DNA from: Thiobacillus sp.
GTDB taxonomy: Bacteria; Pseudomonadota; Gammaproteobacteria; Burkholderiales; Thiobacillaceae
Assembly (NCBI GenBank): GCA_030679915.1
Contig: JAUXRY010000013.1
Span: 26,631-58,630, forward strand
DNA: 32,000 bases
Reading direction: 5' to 3'
In this document: piece after piece, positions 17,201 through 25,925 of the stretch
Layout: each line of letters begins with the position of its first letter
How positions within the stretch are numbered: the stretch's first letter is position 1
Program-made: the position numbers and the translations under genes
Notes under the pieces: generated by a model
Databases searched by the model: none
What the model saw: the letters and a program-made list of their open reading frames with translations, nothing else
Told to the model about the DNA's origin: nothing

Positions 17201-17926
17201 TCAGGGTTTAACGATGAGCGCCTGGTCGACCCAGCCTTCGGCAGCAGCGCTTTTCACTTTGAGGTAGCGGCCCTGGGCTTCACCCAGATAAATCACTTCT
17301 TCCTTTTTTTCGAGTTGGCCCAATACATTGGATTCCAACCGGGGCTCGGCCAGTAACTTGACGCGGGCAATACGGACAGACAAAAGATCGCCGGCGCTGT
17401 ACGCGACATTGGATGCGCTGGCCACTTGATTACCCGGTTTCGCAACCGATTGAACCCGGCCAGATGCGGTGGATGCTCCACTCGCTTGTTCAGTTTGAAA
17501 TTGCGCGTAGGTTTTATCAAAGCTGGCGGCGGAAAAGCCGGTGAGCTTGTGGCTGCCCATGATAGTGAGCGGCACTCCCCGCCCGCCTAATGCGCGCCAT
17601 TCAGATTCGGCCTGTGCATTGCTGGACACGTCTTTTTCCAGAAAGGGGATGCCACGGCTTTGCAGGTGCACACGTGCCTGCTTGCAGTACCCGCAGTTAG
17701 GTGTGCCATAGAGGACGATTTCACCTGGACGGGCATCACGGATTTCAGCGTTGGCCGGGCGAGTGCCCGCGCTAGGGGTTTCGATGCTGCGAAACATGCC
17801 GGATACACCCCGGTAGATTTGCTGATTGACCTGACCTTGCATGGTGCTTTCGAACACCGAAACCGGGTCCCATGCCAGGACCGGCGTTGACATCAGATAC
17901 GCCAGAAAAATGCTCAAACGCTTCAT
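17201..17926 (-). CDS. Secreted glutaredoxin/thioredoxin-fold protein with a C-terminal SH3b-like domain
   Basis: Signal peptide MKRLSIFLAYLMSTPVLA/WD. Redox motif IVLYGTPNCGYCKQAR. The C-terminus (GDLLSVRIARVKLLAEPRLESNVLGQLEKKEEVIYLGEAQGRYLKVK...GWV) resembles bacterial SH3. ATGA overlap with the DUF192 gene. Confidence 0.72.
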   Translation of the reverse strand: MKRLSIFLAYLMSTPVLAWDPVSVFESTMQGQVNQQIYRGVSGMFRSIETPSAGTRPANAEIRDARPGEIVLYGTPNCGYCKQARVHLQSRGIPFLEKDVSSNAQAESEWRALGGRGVPLTIMGSHKLTGFSAASFDKTYAQFQTEQASGASTASGRVQSVAKPGNQVASASNVAYSAGDLLSVRIARVKLLAEPRLESNVLGQLEKKEEVIYLGEAQGRYLKVKSAAAEGWVDQALIVKP

Positions 17927-18291
17927 GCTCCACTCTCCTGATTAAAGCCTTGCAGGCTGCGGGCGAGCGATATGCCGACAGCCAGTTCAAGCCGCTGGGC
18001 TTCGCCCGCTGCCAGCTCAAGCGTCTGCCAGGCGCCGGAGCACGTGGCGGCTCGCCATGGCTTGAGGTGAGGAACAATTTTCTGGATGCGCCCTGCCCCA
18101 TCCAGAAAAACCACGTCGATGGAAAACCGCATGAAGGCGGTGTGGACGGCGGCGCAGGGAACAATAAGCAGGCCCTGGCCAGGCTGCAACGGCGGCGAGA
18201 ACAACAGACCGGCCAGCCGGCTGAAGAAATGGTCGGCGCGGCGCACGGCCAGTTTGGAAGGAGAAGTCAGGGTTTGCATGTCATGCCGCAT
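17923..18291 (-). CDS. DUF192-family protein
   Basis: Size (~120 aa) and motifs (FFSRLAGLLF...GLLIVPCAAVHTAFMRFSIDVVFLD..G.I) fit the DUF192/COG1430 pattern. It starts immediately after the tadC stop. Confidence 0.65.
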   Translation of the reverse strand: MRHDMQTLTSPSKLAVRRADHFFSRLAGLLFSPPLQPGQGLLIVPCAAVHTAFMRFSIDVVFLDGAGRIQKIVPHLKPWRAATCSGAWQTLELAAGEAQRLELAVGISLARSLQGFNQESGA

Positions 18292-19188
18292 CTAAAAGGT
18301 GGAAGCCATGAATTTCATGGCGATGGGGAACATGAGAATGGCGAAGACGCAGGGAAAAATGAAGAAGATCAGCGGGAACAGCAGCTTGACCGGAGCTTCC
18401 ATGGCGAGCTTTTCGGCGCGGGCGAAACGTTCGATGCGGCGCTGGTCAGCCTGGGCGCGCAGGATTGGGCCGAGGCTCATGCCGGTGGCTTCGGCCTGGA
18501 TCAGGGTGGAAACGAAGCTGGAGACGGCGGCCATATCCATACGGGCTGCCAGCTCTCGCAGGGCTTCGGATCGGGGCTTGCCGGCTCGAATATCGCGCAA
18601 CAGGCGAGCGAACTCATCTTTCAGGGCCCCGGATGGACCTTTATCGACGGCCTGCTGGATGGCACCGGCAAGGTTGAGGCCGGATTCGACGCACAGCGTG
18701 ATGAGGTCGAGCATGAACGGCAGTGATTTCAAAGCCTGACGTCGCCGGACGTCAATGCGGTCTTTGAGCCAGATGGCAGGATAGATAAAGCCGAGCAGAA
18801 AGGCCGCCATGGAAGGGCCCGCTGCTGGAATCCTGAAAGTTGTGGCCAACCAACCACCGATTAGGCCGAAAATGCACCCCCACAGTAAACGTCCCGCCAA
18901 ATACTGGGCAGGGCTCAGCGAAAAATCCAGGCCGGCAATACGCAACTTGGTCAATATCGAGGTTTGGCGAGCGGCAGACAGCCAAGGGTCAATGTAGTGT
19001 GCCAACCACTGCAGTGGCCACCACATCAGACGAAAACCAACTGGCGGTGCATCAAGCCAGGCACGATCCTGTTTCGGCACATCCGCTGCCAGACGCGATA
19101 TCACCCAGGCGACGAGCGCGAACGACAGCCCCGCCGCCAGCGCAAAAACGGCGATGATCCATTGGGGATTCAGGTCTGGCGGATTCAT
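18292..19188 (-). CDS. tadC: Tad pilus inner-membrane platform protein TadC (T2SS-F domain)
   Basis: T2SS-F-like domain (LPFMLDLITLCVESGLNLAGAIQQ...) with flanking TM segments. Preferred start is ATG 19188 with GAGGA 7 nt upstream, rather than the track's TTG at 19209. Confidence 0.85.
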   Translation of the reverse strand: MNPPDLNPQWIIAVFALAAGLSFALVAWVISRLAADVPKQDRAWLDAPPVGFRLMWWPLQWLAHYIDPWLSAARQTSILTKLRIAGLDFSLSPAQYLAGRLLWGCIFGLIGGWLATTFRIPAAGPSMAAFLLGFIYPAIWLKDRIDVRRRQALKSLPFMLDLITLCVESGLNLAGAIQQAVDKGPSGALKDEFARLLRDIRAGKPRSEALRELAARMDMAAVSSFVSTLIQAEATGMSLGPILRAQADQRRIERFARAEKLAMEAPVKLLFPLIFFIFPCVFAILMFPIAMKFMASTF

Positions 19189-19198
19189 GCCGAGTTCC

Positions 19199-20047
19199 TC
19201 ATACGTCAATGGCCACGATGCGCCGGATGATCCAGACGCCGAAGAATTCCATGGTCACCACCGCGGCGATTACGCCCCACCCGATCTGGGTAGTCCACAA
19301 CAGTGACATCGCGGCGGGTTCCATTTTGGTGAGCACCCAAAGCAGGAAAAGGGGTAACAAACCAACCACCCAGGCTTGCAGCTTGCCCTGGCTGGTCAGT
19401 GCGCGAATCTTGAGTTCCATGGCGTGTTGGCTGCGCAGGGTGGTGGCGGTGCGTTCCAGCGTTTCGGCCAGACCACCGCCCGTTTCAGACGCAATCCGCA
19501 TGGCCGAGACCATGAGATTGACCGATTGCATGGGGACGCGATGCGTGAGATTTTCCAGCGCGTCGTTAAGGCTGACGCCGAGACGCTGCTCGTGCTGCAT
19601 CAGCTGAAACTCTTGAGACAGCGGCGGCGGTAGTTCAGCGCCCACTTGGCGCACGGCAGAAACGAGCGACAAACCGGCTTTGGCTGCGCCTGAAATCATC
19701 AGCAAGGCATCGGGCAGTTGTTGTTCGATGCGATCGATGCGACGACGCCGAAGCCAACGAAAAATGAAACGTGGCGCCAGCGCCAGCAGAACAGCAACAA
19801 TCAACGCCAGGACCAGGCTATGTGTCAGCAGCCAGGTGCCCGTGGAGGCTATCAGCATCATCGCCAGATTAAGTGCATACAGCCGCGACGGGTCCGCAAA
19901 CAGAAACAGTTCGCGCATGCTGAAATGGGTGTCGCGCGTAAAGCGCGTGCGATAAGCAACCAGCCAGCGCCCCCCCAGATCAGTCAGTGCCCAGACCAGC
20001 AGGGCAACTGCTGCGGCAACGGCAAAACTGAAGCCAATGACAATCAT
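19199..20047 (-). CDS. tadB: Tad pilus inner-membrane platform protein TadB (T2SS-F domain)
   Basis: T2SS-F-like domain (QLPDALLMISGAAKAGLSLVSAVRQV...) with N- and C-terminal TM segments. ATGA overlap with cpaF. Confidence 0.85.
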   Translation of the reverse strand: MIVIGFSFAVAAAVALLVWALTDLGGRWLVAYRTRFTRDTHFSMRELFLFADPSRLYALNLAMMLIASTGTWLLTHSLVLALIVAVLLALAPRFIFRWLRRRRIDRIEQQLPDALLMISGAAKAGLSLVSAVRQVGAELPPPLSQEFQLMQHEQRLGVSLNDALENLTHRVPMQSVNLMVSAMRIASETGGGLAETLERTATTLRSQHAMELKIRALTSQGKLQAWVVGLLPLFLLWVLTKMEPAAMSLLWTTQIGWGVIAAVVTMEFFGVWIIRRIVAIDV

Positions 20048-21705
20048 GCTTCACCCTGCCGATTGAAAATACTCAGATCAAGTGGAATGCCGGCTTCGCG
20101 CAGCCCCTCGTAAAATGAAGGTACGGCATTGCATCCGCTGAAATGTCCTGTGATACGGTCATTTGAATCACGCCCCTTTTGTTCGTATTTAAAGAGTTCC
20201 TGCAACTGAATTTTGTTGGATTCCATGCCGGTGATCTCAACGATGCCGGTAACGACACGCCGGCCATCGGCCAGGCGCGCCTGCTGGATGATGATGTCGA
20301 CGGCAGAAACGACCTGGTCGCGAATCGCTGCCAGTGGCAAATCCATGCCGGCCATCAATATCAGAGTTTCAAGCCGGGCCAAGGCATCTCGCGGGGTATT
20401 GGCATGCAGGGTGGTAAGCGAGCCTTCGTGACCGGTGTTCATGGCTTGCAGCATGTCGAGTGCTTCGCCGCCGCGGCATTCACCGACCACAATGCGATCG
20501 GGGCGCATCCGCAAGGCATTTTTGACGAGGTCACGAATCGCGACCTGGCCGCGACCTTCGGCATTGGCAGGACGTCCTTCAAGACTGATCAGGTGTGAAT
20601 GCGCCAATCGCAATTCAGCGGCATCTTCGATCGTGATGACACGTTCACCATCAGGAATGAAGTTGGACAAGACGTTGAGCAAGGTGGTTTTTCCGGAACC
20701 GGTACCGCCGGAAATGATGATGTTTTTGCGGTGCAAGACGGCCATACGCATGAATTCGGCCATGTCCGCGTTGATTGCGCCAAAGCCTATGAGATCGTCG
20801 ACAGTCAGCGCACGCCGTGAAAATTTCCGGATGGTTAGCGTGGGCCCTTTGATCGCCAACGGCGGGATGATGGCATTGACCCGGGAGCCATCTTTCAAGC
20901 GTGCATCCACCATGGGCGAGGATTCGTCGATGCGCCGACCGATGGGTGCCACGATGCGCTCGATGACGCCAAGCACAGCTCGGTCGCTGCTAAAGATTGA
21001 GGCATGGCGTTCCAGACGCCCTCCGCGTTCGAGATAAATCTCATCGAAGCGGTTGACCATTATCTCGGTAATGCTGTCATCAGCCAGCAGTTCTTCCAGC
21101 GGCCCCAGTCCCACTGCCTCGTTAAGCACATCACGCACCAGGTTTTCGCGGTCGATGGCATCCGGCAAAGCAGATTCCCGTCCGATAATTTCGCGAATCA
21201 GTGCTTCGGTTTCGCGTCGGAGCTCGTCATCTTCCATGCGCATCAAATCGCGCCGGCGCAGATCGATAGCGTCGAGCAGTTGCTCGTGAATGCGACGTCG
21301 CCAAAAGTGGTGTGGCGTGGCAGCATGGGATACAGGCGCTGCCTGAACACCGTGGACCTGGGCAGGTAACTGATCGTCCGCCTGACCAAGCGCCTGATCA
21401 ATCGGCGTGACCTCCAACTTATCCATCACCGTGATGGTGTGGTTCCCCAGCATGATTTCATCCGAATGAACGATGGGGCCGTGGTGCTCAATCCGCACAC
21501 CATTGACCCACGTTCCGGAGAACTGACCGAGATCCTGGATGAACAAACCACTCTTGGTGCGGAAAATACGCGCGTGTTCACGCCCAATTCGCCATCCTGA
21601 CAAGCGGATATGGCACTCCCGGCTCTTGCCGATCATGGCCGTGGTGTCCACGATCAGCTCGGCGCGCTGCTTTTTATCGGGATCGGTAATTTGAACTTGA
21701 AACAT
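20044..21705 (-). CDS. cpaF: CpaF/TadA-family secretion ATPase with an N-terminal FHA-like domain
   Basis: Walker A GGTGSGKTTLLN and the conserved CpaF core (ITIEDAAEL, VGECRGGEALDMLQAMNTGHEGSLTTLHAN). The N-terminal ~95 aa resembles FHA (IGKSRECHIRL...REHARI...FIQDLGQFSGTWVNG...GNHTITV). Confidence 0.9.
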   Translation of the reverse strand: MFQVQITDPDKKQRAELIVDTTAMIGKSRECHIRLSGWRIGREHARIFRTKSGLFIQDLGQFSGTWVNGVRIEHHGPIVHSDEIMLGNHTITVMDKLEVTPIDQALGQADDQLPAQVHGVQAAPVSHAATPHHFWRRRIHEQLLDAIDLRRRDLMRMEDDELRRETEALIREIIGRESALPDAIDRENLVRDVLNEAVGLGPLEELLADDSITEIMVNRFDEIYLERGGRLERHASIFSSDRAVLGVIERIVAPIGRRIDESSPMVDARLKDGSRVNAIIPPLAIKGPTLTIRKFSRRALTVDDLIGFGAINADMAEFMRMAVLHRKNIIISGGTGSGKTTLLNVLSNFIPDGERVITIEDAAELRLAHSHLISLEGRPANAEGRGQVAIRDLVKNALRMRPDRIVVGECRGGEALDMLQAMNTGHEGSLTTLHANTPRDALARLETLILMAGMDLPLAAIRDQVVSAVDIIIQQARLADGRRVVTGIVEITGMESNKIQLQELFKYEQKGRDSNDRITGHFSGCNAVPSFYEGLREAGIPLDLSIFNRQGEA

Positions 21706-21719
21706 AGATATCCCGCTTC

Positions 21720-23324
21720 TCAGTAAGAGGAATCATCCCAGCGCCAACTGGAGGATGGTTCCTTCCTGTCTGCTGATCCGTTGGATGTACCCAGCCCAGG
21801 CACACTTGCCAGATCGGGCTTGCCTGTACGCGGTGTGGACGCAAGTCGAGCGGCAGCCTTGGCCATACTTTCTTCCAATGCGAGCGAGTTTTTGTCCACC
21901 GCAACCGGGGTGACAAAAACCACAAGCTCGGTTTCGTTATTCTGAAAGCGCTTGGAACGGAACAAGGCGCCAAGCACAGGGATGTTGCCCAGGAAAGGGA
22001 CTTTGTCGACCGAAGTGCTGACGTCACGCTTGAGCAAACCACTCAGAACAATGGTGCCGCCTTCCATGACGTTGAACTCGGTTTCGGTCTTGCGGGTGCG
22101 CAAGGCCGGCCCCCCGATTGTGCTGATTGAGGTGTCAATATCGCTGACTTCACTCATGATTTTGGCGCGGATTACGCCGTTGTGATCAACGCGGGGTTCG
22201 ATATCGAGCCGGATCCCATAGGGCTTGAATACGATGGTGGTGCCGTTAATGTTGCTAACGCTATAGGGAAACTCGCCCCCTGCCAGAAAAGTGGCTTTCG
22301 TACCACTACGCGCAGACAACGTGGGCTGGGCCAGTATTGTCGCGGTGCCGTTCTGTTCCATTAAATTGAGCTGGGCATTCAAGCCCATGTTCAGGACGGA
22401 CAAAACATTCAGGCTGGACGTGAGGGGATAAGGACCACTTCCTCCAGGAGGGGTGATCGGCGCGGGTGTTTGTTGACCGGAGATGAGGTTGATCTGATAT
22501 GGCCCGTCGTTGCCACGACGGAACGGGCTCCACACGCCGCCAAATGCGACACCGCCGGTTGCCCCCCACTTAAGTCCGATTTCTTTCAGTGCTGTGGTTG
22601 GAAACTCAACGACCTTGACGTCCATCACGATCATTTTTTCCCAACCGATTGGGTTGGTGAAATTGACGATCTGCGGATAGCGTTTGGCCAGCGTTTCGAC
22701 TTTCGCGAGATCATGGTCACTCAGGTTGTCACCTTCTACGATGACCTTGTCGCCTATCACCGCGGCCTTGGCGTTGGGGATGGTAGCCACGAAAGTAGCA
22801 ACTTCTTGCGTGATCCGTGCCGTTTCGCTCGGCATGATGGTGACCTTGAGGCGACGATTACGACCATCCCGTGTCCAGATATGCAAGGACGAAACACCCA
22901 CTTCGTTAGCGATCAGCAGTATTTCCTTGTCGTCCATCACCGCCGCAGACAGCGCCTTGCCATTACCCACAGCCAAACGTCCGGCGTTGGGCTCGGAAAT
23001 GACACGCGTCTCGCCGCTGAACATTTCGATTTCGCCTGCGAATCCGGCTTTGAGCGAAACCGGGCCTGCCACTGCGGTTTTACGGTTACCTCGTGATTTA
23101 CGTGCCGCAGCTTTTGGGGCCGCTGGTGCCCCGGCTGTTGCTTCATTCGATATCGATTGACTCGAGATAGCCGGCTTAACACTTGATACCGGATCATTTG
23201 CAGCAAGCTGACGAACCTCGGAAGGCGATGGCGAGGCAGGTGCCGCGACCTCTGCGGCATGAACCGACAGGCTCAATGTAATCAGCGCCAGAATCTGGCC
23301 AATGCGTTGAGTAATGCGTTTCAA
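21720..23324 (-). CDS. cpaC: Tad secretin CpaC/RcpA
   Basis: C-terminal secretin domain (VPFLGNIPVLGALFRSKRFQNNETELVVFVTPVAV). Start chosen at TTG 23324 (LKRITQRIGQILALITLSLSVHA, signal peptide) with GGGAG 6 nt upstream. The track's ATG at 23417 adds 31 unlikely residues. Confidence 0.88.
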   Translation of the reverse strand: MKRITQRIGQILALITLSLSVHAAEVAAPASPSPSEVRQLAANDPVSSVKPAISSQSISNEATAGAPAAPKAAARKSRGNRKTAVAGPVSLKAGFAGEIEMFSGETRVISEPNAGRLAVGNGKALSAAVMDDKEILLIANEVGVSSLHIWTRDGRNRRLKVTIMPSETARITQEVATFVATIPNAKAAVIGDKVIVEGDNLSDHDLAKVETLAKRYPQIVNFTNPIGWEKMIVMDVKVVEFPTTALKEIGLKWGATGGVAFGGVWSPFRRGNDGPYQINLISGQQTPAPITPPGGSGPYPLTSSLNVLSVLNMGLNAQLNLMEQNGTATILAQPTLSARSGTKATFLAGGEFPYSVSNINGTTIVFKPYGIRLDIEPRVDHNGVIRAKIMSEVSDIDTSISTIGGPALRTRKTETEFNVMEGGTIVLSGLLKRDVSTSVDKVPFLGNIPVLGALFRSKRFQNNETELVVFVTPVAVDKNSLALEESMAKAAARLASTPRTGKPDLASVPGLGTSNGSADRKEPSSSWRWDDSSY

Positions 23325-23434
23325 AATAAACTCCCTGATCTTTCTATTTTTTGTTGAATTCGCTACGCCAGCTGCACAAAAAATATGCACACCATGCGCG
23401 GTGCCACATTCATGCAATGACTGTTAAATGACTG

Positions 23435-24289
23435 CTATCGGTATGCTGGCAATTCGCCCCCCTCCCGACCCACGCGCGCATTCATGCTTTGGCCTTCGGT
23501 AATAGGCCCACCTCCGTAGATCACGGGAACGGAGCTGGCGGCAGAACCCTGGCCGGTCGCGAGTCCCAGCAAGACCAAGGCATCGGTGCGTTCCTTGGAA
23601 ACATGAGCGCCGTCATTCGGCGCCCGCAGTAAAGCGGTGACACGGCCGACTTCACGCGCAGCAATCACGCGCTTGGCATCTTCCGGGCTGGTATCCAATG
23701 TAATGGTGCTAAACGTGCGGCTACGACCTTCCGGATCTTTTTCCTCTTGCGAGGCCTTGGTGCCAGTTGCCAGCACGGTGACGCTCTGTAGCAGCGTAAA
23801 TGTGAAGTTTTTCTTGTCGTTTTTGATCGAGACGATGATATCGATCAGATCGCCCGGCTCCACCATGCCCGACAGGGAACTGATTTCATCCACCGGAACA
23901 GTGACAGCGCGACGGCCCTGAGTCAGGCGCGTGGAAAAAGTGGGGGCACGTTGCCCTTCGAGTTGTGCCCAGATCACCGGCTCGCCGGCATTGGCCGTGT
24001 AAGCAAGGGTGGAGCCTTCCGCGCGGCCAAACTGATCGGGTGTAATCGCACCCGAGTGCGCCCATTCTTTCGGAATGGACCGCACTGCCATGTTCGCGGC
24101 AAGCAGCGCACTGCCCTTGGCGAGGTCAGTTTTGGCTACCACTACTTGAACCATGGCCTTGTTTTTTTCGCGCGCCTCTATCTCCGCCATTTGAGCGCCA
24201 AGGTAGTTCTTTGCACCCCAGGCAGCCAACCCGCCCACACCTAACGCGGAGACAAGAACAATCCAGTTTTTGTTGATTTTGTATGCCAT
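23435..24289 (-). CDS. cpaB: Flp pilus assembly protein CpaB/RcpC
   Basis: N-terminal TM anchor (NWIVLVSALGVGGLAAWGA) followed by SAF/CpaB-like regions (VVVAKTDLAKGSAL, RAVTVPVDEISSLSGMVEPGDLIDII). Its position is directly upstream of the secretin. Confidence 0.85.
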   Translation of the reverse strand: MAYKINKNWIVLVSALGVGGLAAWGAKNYLGAQMAEIEAREKNKAMVQVVVAKTDLAKGSALLAANMAVRSIPKEWAHSGAITPDQFGRAEGSTLAYTANAGEPVIWAQLEGQRAPTFSTRLTQGRRAVTVPVDEISSLSGMVEPGDLIDIIVSIKNDKKNFTFTLLQSVTVLATGTKASQEEKDPEGRSRTFSTITLDTSPEDAKRVIAAREVGRVTALLRAPNDGAHVSKERTDALVLLGLATGQGSAASSVPVIYGGGPITEGQSMNARVGREGGELPAYR

Positions 24290-24301
24290 GGTTCAGATTT
24301 T

Positions 24302-24487
24302 TTACAAGGGAATAGAAAGAAAGCCGCTCAGATTGTCGAAAGCGGAGTGGACTGAATTGAGAAACACATCGATGACGGAGACATCACCCGCAAAGCTGAC
24401 GCCGACCATCATCATGACGACCAGCATGGCAGCCAGATATTCGGTCATCGACTGTCCAGATTGCCGGTTTCTTGACGTTCCGGTCAT
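24302..24487 (-). CDS. Second Flp-family (type IVb) prepilin-like protein, 61 aa
   Basis: MTGTSRNRQSG/QSMTEYLAAMLVVMMMVGVSF: a charged leader, a G/xxxxEY motif and a hydrophobic helix. ATGA overlap with the upstream gene. Confidence 0.7.
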   Translation of the reverse strand: MTGTSRNRQSGQSMTEYLAAMLVVMMMVGVSFAGDVSVIDVFLNSVHSAFDNLSGFLSIPL

Positions 24488-25146
24488 GGCATTAGAACCG
24501 TCGTTAGAACGACATTACTGGTCCCATCCTTGCGAACCACGACCAGTTGGGCCTCGCGATTTTCGCCCCCAAACATCAGGACTCGGCCGGCTTCCTGTTT
24601 TTTCGCTTCGGCGGACTGCAGTTTGTAACCTCGCGCCTGCAATGTTTTACTTATGAACTCCACGTTGCTGTCTACGGAATGGTTATTCATAAGCACCAGT
24701 TGCCGTGAGATCTTTCCTGCGTCGGTTGACTCCATGTCAGACAGAACCTGGGTGTCGGCTGGAACCGGAAAACCCAAGGAACGCTGAGAAGCGTCTTTAG
24801 CACCGCGCGCATCACTCACCGAAATCAGCGTCTCAGTGAGGGACGGGCCCAATACCTTGATGCGAATGGTTACGAAATAATCGCCCTGCCCCTGCGCAAG
24901 CAAAATACCGTCCGGCAATTTCTCCTCGGCATGTTTAGGACCGAGTGCTGAACGATAAAACTTGATGATGTTTGACGGCTTGTCGGTGCTCAAGACACGC
25001 TGCATACGCATCGGGATCCCATTCAAACGCACTTGCTCGCCTATCTGCTCGACCCTCGCATTTCGTGGTGACGGCACTTCGGGCCAGCCCGCCCAGCCCG
25101 GCAACGTCCATAGCATTGCCGTCAAGAAAAGCCAAACCGATTTCAC
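24484..25146 (-). CDS. Secreted protein of unknown function (220 aa) inside the Tad cluster
   Basis: GTG start with GGAGG 7 nt upstream, overlapping the upstream stop (GTGA). Signal peptide (M)KSVWLFLTAMLWTLPGWA. I recognise no family. Confidence 0.6.
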   Translation of the reverse strand: MKSVWLFLTAMLWTLPGWAGWPEVPSPRNARVEQIGEQVRLNGIPMRMQRVLSTDKPSNIIKFYRSALGPKHAEEKLPDGILLAQGQGDYFVTIRIKVLGPSLTETLISVSDARGAKDASQRSLGFPVPADTQVLSDMESTDAGKISRQLVLMNNHSVDSNVEFISKTLQARGYKLQSAEAKKQEAGRVLMFGGENREAQLVVVRKDGTSNVVLTTVLMP

Positions 25147-25925
25147 TTATATGCCTCCAGAACGCGATCTTGCGGAACACGGTCGGGGTCGACGCGTCCC
25201 ACATCGGGTGGAGTGGTATCCGCGCCCAATATGGCCAGCGCTGGATTGCTCATCAGTACAGCAAGTGGTTGTGCAATGACTTCCAGTGCCTGGTAGGGAA
25301 AGAGCAAACCCGCACCTTGAACGTTATCGGTTACTTGGCCAGGTCCACTGGCTGCCCATGGGTCCACCAGAACCGTAGTCCAGCGCGTCATCCCAAGGCC
25401 AAGGGAATCGAAGGGCTTCAGACCCGCGATGTCGGCGATATTCACATTGACCCGGCCGGTGTATAAATTCTGCTCGGGTAAGCTGAAATTGCCAGCAAGT
25501 GCACCTGCTGGCTGCGAAAGCGATTCCTTATTGGTTGTCACAAGGACATTTGTGACAAATTCGGGCAGCAAGGGTTTGCCACGGTGGTCAAACCAAAGCG
25601 TGTTGCGGTGCGCGTTGAAATCGCCTGCAACGTCGTTGGTCTTGATGGGCGCATCGCTGTTGCTGAAAAAACGCCTGTGCACTTCGGTTGCCAGTTCAGC
25701 ATCGGATTTCCAGCTGTCCGTGCTGGAAGAATGTCTCACTGCACCTTCGAACGCCGTATAGCGGCTTGCCACTGCCGTTGTTTGTGCGATATCCATGTAT
25801 TTTCCCAACAGCGGAACAATGAGGATCAGTGGCACCAAAACCAATGACAGCACCACGAATTCCACTGTGGACTGCCCTCGTTGACGAAGCATGCTAAATG
25901 GGCAATTACTTGCCATCATCAGCAT
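25143..25925 (-). CDS. tadE: TadE-like pseudopilin
   Basis: ...LRQRG/QSTVEFVVLSLVLVPLILIVPLLGKYMD: G/xxxxEF motif plus TadE N-terminal helix. The start is ambiguous (Met codons at 25925, 25919, 25916 and 25892). Confidence 0.78.
   Translation of the reverse strand: MLMMASNCPFSMLRQRGQSTVEFVVLSLVLVPLILIVPLLGKYMDIAQTTAVASRYTAFEGAVRHSSSTDSWKSDAELATEVHRRFFSNSDAPIKTNDVAGDFNAHRNTLWFDHRGKPLLPEFVTNVLVTTNKESLSQPAGALAGNFSLPEQNLYTGRVNVNIADIAGLKPFDSLGLGMTRWTTVLVDPWAASGPGQVTDNVQGAGLLFPYQALEVIAQPLAVLMSNPALAILGADTTPPDVGRVDPDRVPQDRVLEAYK

Noticed and set aside
17872-18739. Plus-strand ORFs 17872-18726 (284 aa) and 18299-18739 (146 aa)
   Set aside because: Antisense to the DUF192 and tadC genes, which have recognisable domains and operon-consistent spacing.
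20179-23160. Plus-strand ORFs antisense to cpaF and cpaC (20435-21037, 21004-21369, 22470-23096, 22684-23160)
   Set aside because: The opposite strand encodes unmistakable CpaF and secretin sequences. These ORFs have no motifs.
23325-23434. Sigma-54-like string TGGCACCGCGCATGG (minus strand) and the TGCACA-N7-TGCACA direct repeat in the cpaB-cpaC gap
   Set aside because: The -12 element does not match (GG instead of GC at the required spacing). It is too weak to call an internal promoter.
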